Source: Candidatus Eiseniibacteriota bacterium
Lineage (GTDB): Bacteria > Eisenbacteria > RBG-16-71-46 > CAVPCR01
Reading direction: 5' to 3'
DNA length: 64,000 nucleotides
Assembly: GCA_963823555.1 (NCBI GenBank)
Contig: CAWGMA010000001.1
Location: forward strand, 352,001 to 416,000
The position numbers and the translations under genes are program-made. The first letter of the stretch is position 1. Each line of letters opens with the position of its first letter. Under the pieces are notes generated by a model. That model was not told the DNA's origin. It saw nothing but the letters and a program-made list of their open reading frames with translations, and did no database searches. Positions 1-9,294 of the stretch are shown here, one piece after another.

Positions 1-1712
1 GGACCGCTGGCCGCGCCGGAGTTCATGATCAGGCGGTCGTTACGCGCCTGGTAGAGGTGGTGGTAGGCGAACTCGAACCAGTCGAAGTTGGCTCCGGCAT
101 AGGTGACGACCTGCGTCGTGTCCTGGACCGGCATGCGCTCCCCGATGAACTTGAAGCTCGAACCGGGCCGGGTGAAGGTCGAGGCCGGGAAGGGCGCGCT
201 CTCCCAGTCACCGATGGCCAGATGTCCCGTGAACCCCCACCGCGTGGCCAGCGTGTCCTCACCCTGCGAACTCGTGATCAGGAAGGTCCCGAGATGCCGG
301 AAGCCGTCGATTCCGGACACCATGCGGGTCCGGGCGCGGATCGGTTGCGAGGGATCGACATCGGCCCCGGTCAGGTCGTAGGGGAATACGAAGCTCACGC
401 ACTGGGCGTCGCCGCAGTAGGCATCGCCGAGATCGGGTCGCGGGAAGTTGCGGGTCAGATACCAGGGGAGGACGAGCTCACGGGCGGCGTAGGAGGGCGA
501 GGTCGCTGCACGCGGCGCATAGTTGAAATAGACGAGGTCCTCCTCGAAACGGAATGTGTCGGGGAAGGAAGCGGCCGCAGTCGGGGGCGCCGGTTCGAAC
601 CAGCCGCTGCGAGTGGCCATGCGCGCTCCGCCCGTGATGTCCCAGCTCAGCCAGACCACGTTCTTCTCGGTGAAGCGGTGCCAGTAGGGTACGGGGCCCA
701 CACGATCGCGGTAACCCCTGGCCACGAAGGTGATCCAGTCACCCGCATCGAAGACACCATTCTGGTTCCGATCCTCGACGACGATGGGGAGCGGATCGCG
801 CACGAAGTTCTCCGCTGGTGGCGGTACATCCGCGAAGCGCCGTTCCCACAGGGCTAGCTGGTCGACTGGAAGTCCCGGCGGCAGGCCGAGCGACTCGAGC
901 TGGGCGAACGGGATCCGCACCGGGCCGCCCTCCCTGATGGTGATCTTCATCTCGTCCTGCTGGCCGAAGGGCGCCCCCAGGACTCCCTTCATGCGCGCCT
1001 CCATGCTCGGGCCGGCGCGGAAGCTGCGCGCGCTCTCGTAGTTGATGATCGTGTTCCGGTACACGGACTCGAAGCCGCGCTCGAAGCTGGGAGCCGGCAG
1101 ACGTTCCGGGGCCCGGGCTCGCGCCGAGCGGGGGCGGAAATCGACGCGGACCTCGACCCGGCGAGCGACCTCGACCCGGCGCGTGCGGGGGTCAAAGCGC
1201 ACCGGATACAGCGTGAGGTCGAAGACCTGCTGCTGCCGGAGCCAGGAAAGCTCGCTCGCCTCATAGGGGAGCGCGGGATAGATCTCCCCGCCCGCATAGA
1301 AGGCTCGGTCGAGTGCATCGATGAGACCGGGAACAGGGAGTCCCTCCTCTCCCCCGGTCTCCATCACCGGCTCCATGGCGGGGGCCGGGATCACGTCGAG
1401 CACTTCGGATTCCAGCACGCTCACCTGGGGGACCGGCTCATGGTCCGGAGGCACCGCGATCGTGTAGGTGCGAAAGGGAAGAGCCGGCAGACCGGGAGCG
1501 GAGGTCGAGCCGAAGCCACGGGCGCCGATGGCCACGAACGATTCCCCGGCCATGGTGACCGGCGTCTCCTTGAGCGGCGGGAGCTCGACGATGAAGGTGA
1601 CGCCGTCCATGCCGCGCTCGTCGAGAGACGTGACGGCGCCAGGGAGGGCGCCGGCAGCGGTAGGAAGGAGGGTGGCAAGGAGGGCGAGGCGAAAGAGTGA
1701 CATCGGCTTCAT
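1..1712 (-). CDS. Secreted C25 (gingipain/PorU-like) family peptidase, N-terminal part; runs off the window edge
   Basis: Hand-translated; absent from the ORF track because it has no stop in the window. Starts MKPMSLFRLALLATLLPTAAGA (signal peptide). Propeptide_C25-like segments PGLPALPFRTYTIAVPP and WLRQQQVFDLTLYPVRFDP, then KITIREGGPVRI, DAGDWITFVARG and FDWFEFAY as in PorU-like N-termini. The frame is open to base 1. Confidence 0.7.
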   Translation of the reverse strand, partial: MKPMSLFRLALLATLLPTAAGALPGAVTSLDERGMDGVTFIVELPPLKETPVTMAGESFVAIGARGFGSTSAPGLPALPFRTYTIAVPPDHEPVPQVSVLESEVLDVIPAPAMEPVMETGGEEGLPVPGLIDALDRAFYAGGEIYPALPYEASELSWLRQQQVFDLTLYPVRFDPRTRRVEVARRVEVRVDFRPRSARARAPERLPAPSFERGFESVYRNTIINYESARSFRAGPSMEARMKGVLGAPFGQQDEMKITIREGGPVRIPFAQLESLGLPPGLPVDQLALWERRFADVPPPAENFVRDPLPIVVEDRNQNGVFDAGDWITFVARGYRDRVGPVPYWHRFTEKNVVWLSWDITGGARMATRSGWFEPAPPTAAASFPDTFRFEEDLVYFNYAPRAATSPSYAARELVLPWYLTRNFPRPDLGDAYCGDAQCVSFVFPYDLTGADVDPSQPIRARTRMVSGIDGFRHLGTFLITSSQGEDTLATRWGFTGHLAIGDWESAPFPASTFTRPGSSFKFIGERMPVQDTTQVVTYAGANFDWFEFAYHHLYQARNDRLIMNSGAASG

Positions 1713-1826
1713 GACAGACCCTGTCGTCAGGGGAATGGCCGAGCGAACGGGCCTTTCCGGCACACATTTCGCATCGTGATCAGATGAACCCATCCCATGC
1801 TGTCCGTAGAGGTTTGGGATCGGCCG

Positions 1827-1835
1827 AGGATAGCA
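1827..1835 (-). promoter_or_regulatory. Extended -10 element (TGCTATCCT) for the C25 gene
   Basis: TGnTAnnnT on the minus strand about 115 nt upstream of the ATG. No well-spaced -35. Confidence 0.35.
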
Positions 1836-1881
1836 CGGTGGAGACCTCCGCAATGGCGCCAGGGCCTGGCTGGGAGCCGCC

Positions 1882-1911
1882 TTGACACTCCCGCATGGTG
1901 CTTCCTAGCCT
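1882..1911 (+). promoter_or_regulatory. Sigma70-type promoter for the GWxTD-tonB unit
   Basis: TTGACA (1882-1887), 18 nt, TAGCCT (1906-1911) in the divergent intergenic region. Confidence 0.5.
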
Positions 1912-2013
1912 GGTAGCGGATGAAACGGTCCCGGCGCCTTCCCGTCGCGGAGGACTCGGCTCGGGAGGGCCGGGTGCCGGGCCGGGGCGCACCCTGATAG
2001 AGGAAGTTGACCC

Positions 2014-4116
2014 ATGGTACCCGGAAGCTCGATGAGGGTTCCTGATCGCGCTCGGCCCTGGTCCGATGTGCGGTCGAATGGGCCCCTGGCCGCTCGCGTC
2101 CGGCGGCGGAAGCCGCTCTCCGGGCCATGGGCTGTCCTCGTCCCCGCGCTCATCCTCCTCGGCGGCTGCTCCTGGTTCCGGGTCGATGATCGCGAGCTCG
2201 CCGACAAGCTCGCCACGGCGACCACGACCATGGAGGAGGGCGATCCGGCGGCGGTCATCCACGATCTGGACATGCTCGCCTGGCATCGCCGCGATTCGAT
2301 CGCGGCCCGTCGGTTGCTCGTTGAAGCCTGCCGTCGCGCCAACACGATCGAGAGCCGGCGCATCGCCGAACGCACGTTACGGGAGTTGGTCGCTCTCGAT
2401 CCCGAGAACCCCGACTACCGCTTCGATCTGTCGGAGATTCTCCTCGATCGCGGATTCGACCGTGATGCCCGCCACGAGCTCGACGTGCTTCTCGACCGCA
2501 ACCCGGAGCATCCTGGCGCGCATCTCGCCCTGGCCCGCTACCATCTGGCGCTCTATCGTCGCTTCGGTCTTCCCGGAGACTACGAGGAGATGCTCGGCCA
2601 CTGTGCACGGGCCGCCAATCTCGCTCCGGAGGACTACACCGCCCAACGGGGCCTCGCTGAAGCCTATCTCCTCGGTGGCCAGGACGATAGCGCCCGCGGA
2701 TTGCTGGAACGCCTGCTCGAGCAATGGCCAGATGATGGCTGGCTGCACGCGCTCGACGGGGCCGCGCTCGCGCGCCCCGGCAGCTATGCCGAGGCAGCCG
2801 CGGCGTTCCAACGGGCTTTCGACCGCCTGACCGAGAGCGAGAGGAGCCCCTTCGAAGACCTGCACCTGATCGCAGATCCCTACGAGCTGCGCCATTTCGA
2901 GGAAATGGTCCCGGATGAGCGAGAGGATTTCCTGCGGGTTTTCTGGCGGTCGAAGGATCCCCAGCCGGTGACTCCCGTCAATGAGCGCGAAATCGAGCAC
3001 TGGCGCCGGGTCGTGATGGCCGATCTCCTGTACGCGTTGCCGCGCTACGAGCAGCACGGCTGGGAGACAGCCCGGGGCGAGCTCCTGATCCGCTATGGCG
3101 AACCTCTGTACACCGAGTACATGCAGGGTGGGCGGGCTCTCTTCTTCTCCATCCCCGGTTGGTACCACATCTACGCTGCGGGCGGCGGTGAGCTCGAGGT
3201 GACCTTCTATGACATGGCGCTGAACGGGATGTTCTATCTACCGTTCACCGGTTTGCCGACGCCGAACGATCTTGCCTCGTACGAGATGCCGCAGGGCTAC
3301 ATTCACGATTACGGTGGGCGCTGGGTCACGCCCGTGATGGCCGTAGGCGAATTCAGGGGGCTGCGAGCCCGGACCCGGGCCGAGATCTACCTGGCGATGG
3401 CGGCCGATTCGCTGGCCAGCTATCAGGGTACGACGGTCGGGGTCGGCACCGTGGTCTTCGATCCATCCTGGAAAGAGGTGGTTCGCTCGGAGGAGATCCT
3501 GGAACTGGACGGGGCCACGATCGCCGGGGAGGCAGACCGCGCTGTCGTCCATCAGATCAATCTGGATCTCAAGCCGGGGTCCTATATCGTGGCCAGCGAG
3601 ATCCGGGGGGACGCCGGAGCGGTGGTGGGCACCACCACGCAAGAAATCGCCGTTCATCGTTTCCCGGCCGACTCGCTCGCGCTGTCAGCGCCGGAAATCG
3701 CGTTTGCCGTCGATTCGGCCGGTCCCGAGCGGTTCAAGAAAGGCGCCGTTCATGTCGTGCCGAATGCGACCGGGGAGGTCCGCGGAAGCGAGGCCCTCGT
3801 CGTCTACTTCGAGGTCTATCATCTGGCGCCCCGCCCCGCGGACGGCCTCGCCGAGTACGTGGTGCACTACCGGATCACTCCGGCCGACCGCGAGGGCAAC
3901 TCGATCTGGACGCGCATCACCAATGCGATGCGCTCGAAGACATTCATCGAATCGAGTTTCGTCGAGCAGGCTCAGGGCGAGGTCGTCCGCCGTAACCTGA
4001 CGATCGATGTTTCCACGCTGGCTCCAGATCGCTACCGTCTGGATCTCGAAGTCACCGATCTCACGACCGGATCGACGGCGAGTCGGGCAACGGTCTTCCG
4101 CCGATCGAGCCTTTGA
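2014..4116 (+). CDS. GWxTD-domain lipoprotein with N-terminal TPR repeats and C-terminal beta-sandwich domains
   Basis: Lipobox-like ALILLGGC; TPR-like helices; FWRSKDPQPVTPVNE...RRVVMAD...GWETARGELLIRYGEP signature. The true start may be 2032 or later. Confidence 0.8.
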   Translation: MVPGSSMRVPDRARPWSDVRSNGPLAARVRRRKPLSGPWAVLVPALILLGGCSWFRVDDRELADKLATATTTMEEGDPAAVIHDLDMLAWHRRDSIAARRLLVEACRRANTIESRRIAERTLRELVALDPENPDYRFDLSEILLDRGFDRDARHELDVLLDRNPEHPGAHLALARYHLALYRRFGLPGDYEEMLGHCARAANLAPEDYTAQRGLAEAYLLGGQDDSARGLLERLLEQWPDDGWLHALDGAALARPGSYAEAAAAFQRAFDRLTESERSPFEDLHLIADPYELRHFEEMVPDEREDFLRVFWRSKDPQPVTPVNEREIEHWRRVVMADLLYALPRYEQHGWETARGELLIRYGEPLYTEYMQGGRALFFSIPGWYHIYAAGGGELEVTFYDMALNGMFYLPFTGLPTPNDLASYEMPQGYIHDYGGRWVTPVMAVGEFRGLRARTRAEIYLAMAADSLASYQGTTVGVGTVVFDPSWKEVVRSEEILELDGATIAGEADRAVVHQINLDLKPGSYIVASEIRGDAGAVVGTTTQEIAVHRFPADSLALSAPEIAFAVDSAGPERFKKGAVHVVPNATGEVRGSEALVVYFEVYHLAPRPADGLAEYVVHYRITPADREGNSIWTRITNAMRSKTFIESSFVEQAQGEVVRRNLTIDVSTLAPDRYRLDLEVTDLTTGSTASRATVFRRSSL

Positions 4117-4149
4117 TGCGGTCGAGTCGCACGGAAGAAGGGGTGGAAC

Positions 4150-4893
4150 ATGGACGCGCTGCGGACCGACAACTTGAGCGCGCCGCTGGCGCCCTTTCTC
4201 CTGGCCTCGGTTCTCGTTCATCTCTTGCTTGCGGTGCTCCTTCCCATCGTGGCGATCGATGTCCCTCCCCCCGTCCTGACCGCGACGGAGCCGGCGGTGG
4301 CTGTGGTTGACCTCGAACGCGAAGGCTTCACCATGCCTCTGGGCAGCCTGCGCATGCAGGTCCTGGAACTCGCCTTCCCCCCGGCGGTGGACGGTGCGCA
4401 GGAGGCGCCTGCGGTGCCGGCCGCGCCACGGGCCGAGGATCTTCCATCCCCTGAGATCGAGGTGGTATCGGAGGAGCCCGAGCCGGTGGCCATCCCCGTC
4501 CTCGAGCCGAGCCCGACCATGTCGCCGGCCGGATCTGGCGGGAGCCCGGGGATGGAGTCCGGGGAACCGGGCGGGGCCGCGGGTGGGGAGGCGAGTGATG
4601 GTGGGGCCGTGGGCGGGGAGGCGGTCGTGACGCCGCCCATGATCATCTCCATGGCCTGGCCGGAGTTCCCGCCTGAGGCGCGCAAGCAGATCAAGGTCCC
4701 CATCGTCCTCGCCGTCCATGTGAGCGAGGAGGGGAAGGTGACCGAGGTGCGGGTCGAGACCTCGAGTGGCTGCCCCTCCTGCGAGGAAGCCGCCATCGCC
4801 AGCGCCTGGAAGCTCCGTTTTTCCCCTGCCAGGCGTGGGGACGAGCCGATCGCCATGTGGACCCGGTTTCCAGTCACCTTCGGCCGGCGCTAG
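4150..4893 (+). CDS. tonB: TonB family energy transducer
   Basis: N-terminal TM helix with SVLVH, Pro/Glu-rich linker, C-terminal domain (PEFPPEAR...V.EEGKV..VRV..SSG...AA..W.FSPARRGDEPI..FPVTF). Confidence 0.85.
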   Translation: MDALRTDNLSAPLAPFLLASVLVHLLLAVLLPIVAIDVPPPVLTATEPAVAVVDLEREGFTMPLGSLRMQVLELAFPPAVDGAQEAPAVPAAPRAEDLPSPEIEVVSEEPEPVAIPVLEPSPTMSPAGSGGSPGMESGEPGGAAGGEASDGGAVGGEAVVTPPMIISMAWPEFPPEARKQIKVPIVLAVHVSEEGKVTEVRVETSSGCPSCEEAAIASAWKLRFSPARRGDEPIAMWTRFPVTFGRR

Positions 4894-4989
4894 GCTGGGG
4901 GGCTGGTTTCGCCTCACTCATGGAGGTCGAGGGGGCGGGTGGTCATCCGGCGGCCCGGGGGAGGATCCTCCGCCAAGGGCCCGGTCGCC

Positions 4990-5019
4990 TTGACACGCCC
5001 GGGTCCGGGCGCTTATCTT
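4990..5019 (+). promoter_or_regulatory. Sigma70-type promoter upstream of ptsN-vanZ-hisS-aspS
   Basis: TTGACA (4990-4995), 18 nt, TATCTT (5014-5019). Confidence 0.6.
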
Positions 5020-5066
5020 TCCATGGTTTACAGAGCCGAGTGATGCGGTCGAGCCTGGTCTCGGTC

Positions 5067-5094
5067 CCGGGGCCCGTGGTGTCCCGGCTTTTTT
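5067..5094 (+). terminator. Intrinsic terminator-like hairpin in the ptsN leader
   Basis: CCGGGGC/GTCCCGG stem followed by CTTTTTT. Confidence 0.55.
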
Positions 5095-5137
5095 GTCTGT
5101 CCTTTCGCTCTCGGGGCGTTCGATGCCATCCGCCGTC

Positions 5138-5602
5138 ATGAACCTTCTGGACCTCCTCTCCGAGGAGAACATCGCACTCGATCTACCCGCCACCGACAAG
5201 AACGGGGTGATCGAGGCCCTGGTGGCCCTTCTTGGGCGCTCCGGACAGGTGAGCGATACCAAGACGGTCGTGTCCGACATCCTCGAGCGGGAGCGCCTGA
5301 TGTCCACCGGCGTGGGGTCGGGGGTAGCCATTCCCCACGCGCAGTCCAAGGGAGCCCTCAAGCTCGCCATGGCCTTCGGGCGCACGAGCGGGGACATCGA
5401 CTTCAAGAGCCTCGACGGCAAGCCGGTGGGTCTGTTCTTTCTCATCGTGGCTCCCGACGGCCCCGGCGGGTTCGTGCGCATCCTGGCCCGGATCTCCCGC
5501 CTCCTCTACTCCGGGGAGCTGCAGAACAGCCTGCGCCGAGCTCGGACCCCGGCCGAGGTCATGGGCATTATCGCGGCCGAAGAAGCGAAGCTGCGCCAGT
5601 AG
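5138..5602 (+). CDS. ptsN: PTS EIIA (fructose/Ntr-type) domain protein
   Basis: ILERERLMSTGVGSGVAIPHA with the phospho-His; DFKSLDGKPV. Alternative start at 5123. Confidence 0.85.
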   Translation: MNLLDLLSEENIALDLPATDKNGVIEALVALLGRSGQVSDTKTVVSDILERERLMSTGVGSGVAIPHAQSKGALKLAMAFGRTSGDIDFKSLDGKPVGLFFLIVAPDGPGGFVRILARISRLLYSGELQNSLRRARTPAEVMGIIAAEEAKLRQ

Positions 5603-5660
5603 CTGCCCAGGGAGGCCTCCCGCCCAGAGCCGCGGCCCGCGGGCAGGATCAGATCTCAAG

Positions 5661-6005
5661 ATGCGCATCCTGGCGGTCGTTGCCTACGTCGCGATGATGT
5701 TCTCCCTGTCGAGCTGGCAGAACCCGCCAGGCGGCCCGTCGGTGCCTCACCTCGATAAGGTCGTGCACGCCGTCGAGTACGCGGTGCTCGCCATCCTCCT
5801 CTCCTGGGCGATGCCTCCCCGGATGCGGGGGACGTGGAAGCTCGCGGTCGTGATGGTGCTTGGTCTCCTCATCGGGGCGGCCGACGAGCTCTATCAGCGG
5901 CGTGTTCCGGGGCGGGAGTCGAGCGTTTACGATCTGGTGGCTGATATGGCCGGCTTGAGCCTTGGTGCAAGTGCCGTGCGACGATACGAGGAAAGCCATG
6001 AATGA
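5661..6005 (+). CDS. VanZ family membrane protein
   Basis: DKVVHAVEYAVL, DELYQRRVPGRESSVYDLVADMAG motifs. Confidence 0.85.
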   Translation: MRILAVVAYVAMMFSLSSWQNPPGGPSVPHLDKVVHAVEYAVLAILLSWAMPPRMRGTWKLAVVMVLGLLIGAADELYQRRVPGRESSVYDLVADMAGLSLGASAVRRYEESHE

Positions 6006-7371
6006 ACCAGCGCGGATCGAGCCGCGCACTCTCAAGGGGTTCCGCGACTTCACGCCGGAGCTGATGATCGCCAAGGAGGCGATGATCGAGATCATCCGGG
6101 GTGTGTTTCGCTCGTTCGGGTTCGTGCCCATCGATACCCCGGCGCTCGAGTACACGGAGATCCTCCTCGGCAAGGGTGGTGGGGAGACCGACAAGCAGCT
6201 CTATCGATTCACGGACCAGGGCGGGCGCGATGTCGCATTGCGCTTCGATCTGACGGTTCCCTTTGCCCGTTTTGCGGCTCAGCATGGGCGAACTCTCGGG
6301 ACGCCCTTCAAGCGCTACCACCTGGGTCCGGTCTGGCGCGGGGAGAACACGGCCCGGGGCCGCTTTCGCGAGTTCTGGCAGTGCGATTTCGACACCATCG
6401 GCACGCGCTCGCCGCTGGCCGATCTGGAGACCGCGCTCGTCATCGACCGCCTCCTCGTGGCGCTCGGCGTCACGCGCTTCGAGCAACGGCTGTCCGATCG
6501 CGGCGTTCTGGCCGGGTTGCTCGATGAGCTGGGTCTCGCCGGTGAAGCCGCGCCGGTGCTGCGTGCGCTCGACAAGCTGGACAAGCTGGGGCGCGATCAA
6601 GTGGCGCGGGAACTGGCCCGGGAGGCCAAGGCGGCCCCGGCCACCATCGATGCCATCTTCGCCTTTGCGGGGGAGAAGGGAGAGGCCGCGGATCTCCTGG
6701 CGCGTCTCGGCAAGCGGTTCCGAGACCATCCTGTCGCCCAGACCGGGATCTCGCGCCTGGGCGTGATCACGAGCGGGCTCGAAGCGGCCGGTGTCCCACC
6801 GGACCGCTATCGCATCGACCTCGGGCTGGCTCGCGGCCTCGACTATTACACGGGGACCATCTACGAGACCGTGCTCCGGGACGAGCCGGGGCTGGGCAGC
6901 GTGTGCTCGGGGGGGCGCTACGACAACCTGGCCTCGCTCTACACTCGCGACGTGCTACCGGGGGTTGGAGCCTCGCTCGGCCTCGACCGCTTGCTGGATG
7001 CTCTCGACCGGCTCGGGCTCTCGGCGCAGGGGCAAGCAACGGCCAAGGTGCTGGTCGCGATCCTCGACCCGACGCGCTGGATCGACTATGTCCGTATGGC
7101 GGAAGAGCTCCGCGCGGAGGGCGTGCCGACGGAGCTCTATCCCGACGAACACCGGCTCGACCGGCAGCTGCGCTATGCGGATCGCAAGGGCATTCCGCTG
7201 GTCGTGATCGCCGGTGAGGATGAGCTCGACCGTGGCACGGTCGCGGTGAAGGACCTGAGGACCGGTGCGCAGCGCAGCGATCTCGCCCGCGCCGGATTTG
7301 CGGCGACGGTGGCGGCCATGCTGGCCACGACCGGTCCGGGCCCAGGAGCGACGGAGGCGCCCAGAGCATGA
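5998..7371 (+). CDS. hisS: Histidine--tRNA ligase
   Basis: KGFRDF, LRFDLTVPFAR, GRFREFWQCDFD, ARGLDYYTG, GGRYDNL; the ATG overlaps the vanZ stop. Confidence 0.97.
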   Translation: MNEPARIEPRTLKGFRDFTPELMIAKEAMIEIIRGVFRSFGFVPIDTPALEYTEILLGKGGGETDKQLYRFTDQGGRDVALRFDLTVPFARFAAQHGRTLGTPFKRYHLGPVWRGENTARGRFREFWQCDFDTIGTRSPLADLETALVIDRLLVALGVTRFEQRLSDRGVLAGLLDELGLAGEAAPVLRALDKLDKLGRDQVARELAREAKAAPATIDAIFAFAGEKGEAADLLARLGKRFRDHPVAQTGISRLGVITSGLEAAGVPPDRYRIDLGLARGLDYYTGTIYETVLRDEPGLGSVCSGGRYDNLASLYTRDVLPGVGASLGLDRLLDALDRLGLSAQGQATAKVLVAILDPTRWIDYVRMAEELRAEGVPTELYPDEHRLDRQLRYADRKGIPLVVIAGEDELDRGTVAVKDLRTGAQRSDLARAGFAATVAAMLATTGPGPGATEAPRA

Positions 7372-9227
7372 CAGGCCACAAGAAGACCGAGGAGCAGGCG
7401 GCGGCCGGCGCAGAACTCGAGGTCCACGAGCTCGATGGGCTGGGTGACTGGCGGCGCACTCATCACTGCGGCGAGCTGAGAACCGAACAGATCGGGAAGG
7501 AAGTCACGCTCCTGGGCTGGGTCAACCGCATCCGCAACCTGGGGGGGGTCCAGTTCATCGATCTCCGAGATCGTTTCGGGCGGACGCAGGTGGTCGTGCG
7601 TCCCGAGGCGGTTCGCCCCGACGTGCTGGGCCGCGCTCACCTCCTGCGCCAGGAGTTCGTGCTGGGCGTCCAGGGCCGGGTCCAGCCGCGCCCGGAAGGC
7701 ATGGTGAACCCCGACATGCCGACCGGGGCCATCGAGGTCGAAGCGGTGGACCTCAAGGTCTTGAACCGCTCGCTACCCCTGCCGTTCCCGGTCGCCGAGG
7801 ACGATCCCGCGGTCGGTGAAGACTTGCGGTTGCGCTATCGCTATCTCGAGCTCCGGAGCGAACGCCTGCAGTCGATCCTCGCCCTTCGCCATCGGGCGAT
7901 CGCCGCCGTACGCGCGTCACTCGATGCGATGGGCTTTCTGGAGATCGAGACTCCGCTCCTGGTCCGGCCCACGCCCGAAGGGGCGCGGGACTACGTGGTG
8001 CCGTCACGACTGCACCCCGGGAAGTTCTTTGCCTTGCCGCAGTCGCCTCAGCTCTACAAGCAGATTCTCATGGTCGCGGGCTGCGATCGCTACTATCAGA
8101 TTGCCCGCTGTCTCCGCGACGAGGATCCCCGAGCCGATCGGCAGCCCGAGTTCAGCCAGATCGACCTCGAGATGAGCTTCGTGGGCGAGGAGGAAGTGTT
8201 CGCGGTGGTCGAGGCCTTCATGGCGACGGCGATCCAGGCCGCGGTCGGCGTCGAGATCGAGCGTCCGTTCCCTCGCCTCACCTATGACGAGGCGATGAGC
8301 CGGTACGGCTCGGACAAACCCGATCTCCGTCTCGATCTGCCCATGACCGACGTGACGCCCATCGCATCCACCCTCGAGTTCCGCCCGTTCCGGGCCGCCG
8401 CGGAAATGCCCGATGGCATGGTGACCTGCCTGCGCGTGCCAGCACCCGAGTGGGCATCGCGACGCGTGATCGAGGAAGAGCTCACCGCAGCGGCTCTCCG
8501 CGCCGGGGCCCAGGGTCTGGCCTGGGCTCGCCTCGATGGGGGAGGGGTGACCGGGGGCATTGGCAAGTTCCTGGCGCCTGCACTGCCGGCGCTCGTCGGT
8601 GCCACCCAGGCCCGAGATGGGGATCTCCTCTTCTTCGTGGCTGATCGCCGCCCCGTTGCCCAGGTGGCGCTCGGCCAGGTTCGCCTCGAGGTGGTGCGCC
8701 GGCTCACAGCGACGGCGTCGCCAGGCTATCGCTTGCACTGGATCCACCGCTTTCCACTCTTCGAATCGGATGCCGAGGCCGGAGGTTGGAAGCCAGCCCA
8801 TCACATGTTCACGATGCCGCTCGCCGCGGATCTCGATCGCCTCGAGACCGACCCGGGAGCGGTTCGCGCCCAGCTCTATGATCTTGTGATGAACGGGTAC
8901 GAGCTTGGCTCCGGTTCGATTCGTGTGCACCGCCGTGATATCCAGGAGAGGATCATGGCGGTGGTCGGGATGAGCCCGGCGGAGGCCCAGGAGCGCTTCG
9001 GCTTTCTCCTCGACGCCTTCGACCACGGGGCTCCGCCCCACGGCGGCATTGCCTTGGGGGTGGATCGCCTGGTCATGATTCTCGCTGGCAGGAACTCCAT
9101 CCGGGAGACGATCGCCTTCCCCAAGACCCAGAAGGCAAGCTCCCTCATGGATGGGGCTCCCTCACAGGTGTCCCCTTCGGACCTCCGTGAACTTCATATC
9201 AAATTGTCAAATATAGACTTAAGCTGA
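7368..9227 (+). CDS. aspS: Aspartate--tRNA ligase
   Basis: RTHHCGELR, FIDLRDRFG, TPEGARDY, ALPQSPQLYKQ, RDEDPRADRQPEF, GAPPHGGIALGVDR. Confidence 0.97.
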   Translation: MTGHKKTEEQAAAGAELEVHELDGLGDWRRTHHCGELRTEQIGKEVTLLGWVNRIRNLGGVQFIDLRDRFGRTQVVVRPEAVRPDVLGRAHLLRQEFVLGVQGRVQPRPEGMVNPDMPTGAIEVEAVDLKVLNRSLPLPFPVAEDDPAVGEDLRLRYRYLELRSERLQSILALRHRAIAAVRASLDAMGFLEIETPLLVRPTPEGARDYVVPSRLHPGKFFALPQSPQLYKQILMVAGCDRYYQIARCLRDEDPRADRQPEFSQIDLEMSFVGEEEVFAVVEAFMATAIQAAVGVEIERPFPRLTYDEAMSRYGSDKPDLRLDLPMTDVTPIASTLEFRPFRAAAEMPDGMVTCLRVPAPEWASRRVIEEELTAAALRAGAQGLAWARLDGGGVTGGIGKFLAPALPALVGATQARDGDLLFFVADRRPVAQVALGQVRLEVVRRLTATASPGYRLHWIHRFPLFESDAEAGGWKPAHHMFTMPLAADLDRLETDPGAVRAQLYDLVMNGYELGSGSIRVHRRDIQERIMAVVGMSPAEAQERFGFLLDAFDHGAPPHGGIALGVDRLVMILAGRNSIRETIAFPKTQKASSLMDGAPSQVSPSDLRELHIKLSNIDLS

Positions 9228-9259
9228 ACACACAGCTCCCCGGCGGCCATCTGCGCTAC

Positions 9260-9288
9260 TTGACACCCCAGTAGGGCCGCTGTAGCGT
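9260..9288 (+). promoter_or_regulatory. Sigma70-type promoter downstream of aspS
   Basis: TTGACA (9260-9265), 17 nt, TAGCGT (9283-9288). Confidence 0.6.
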
Positions 9289-9294
9289 CGATAC

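Noticed and set aside
57..857. 266-aa plus-strand ORF at the window start
   Set aside because: Antisense to the C25-like gene, which has a signal peptide and family motifs.
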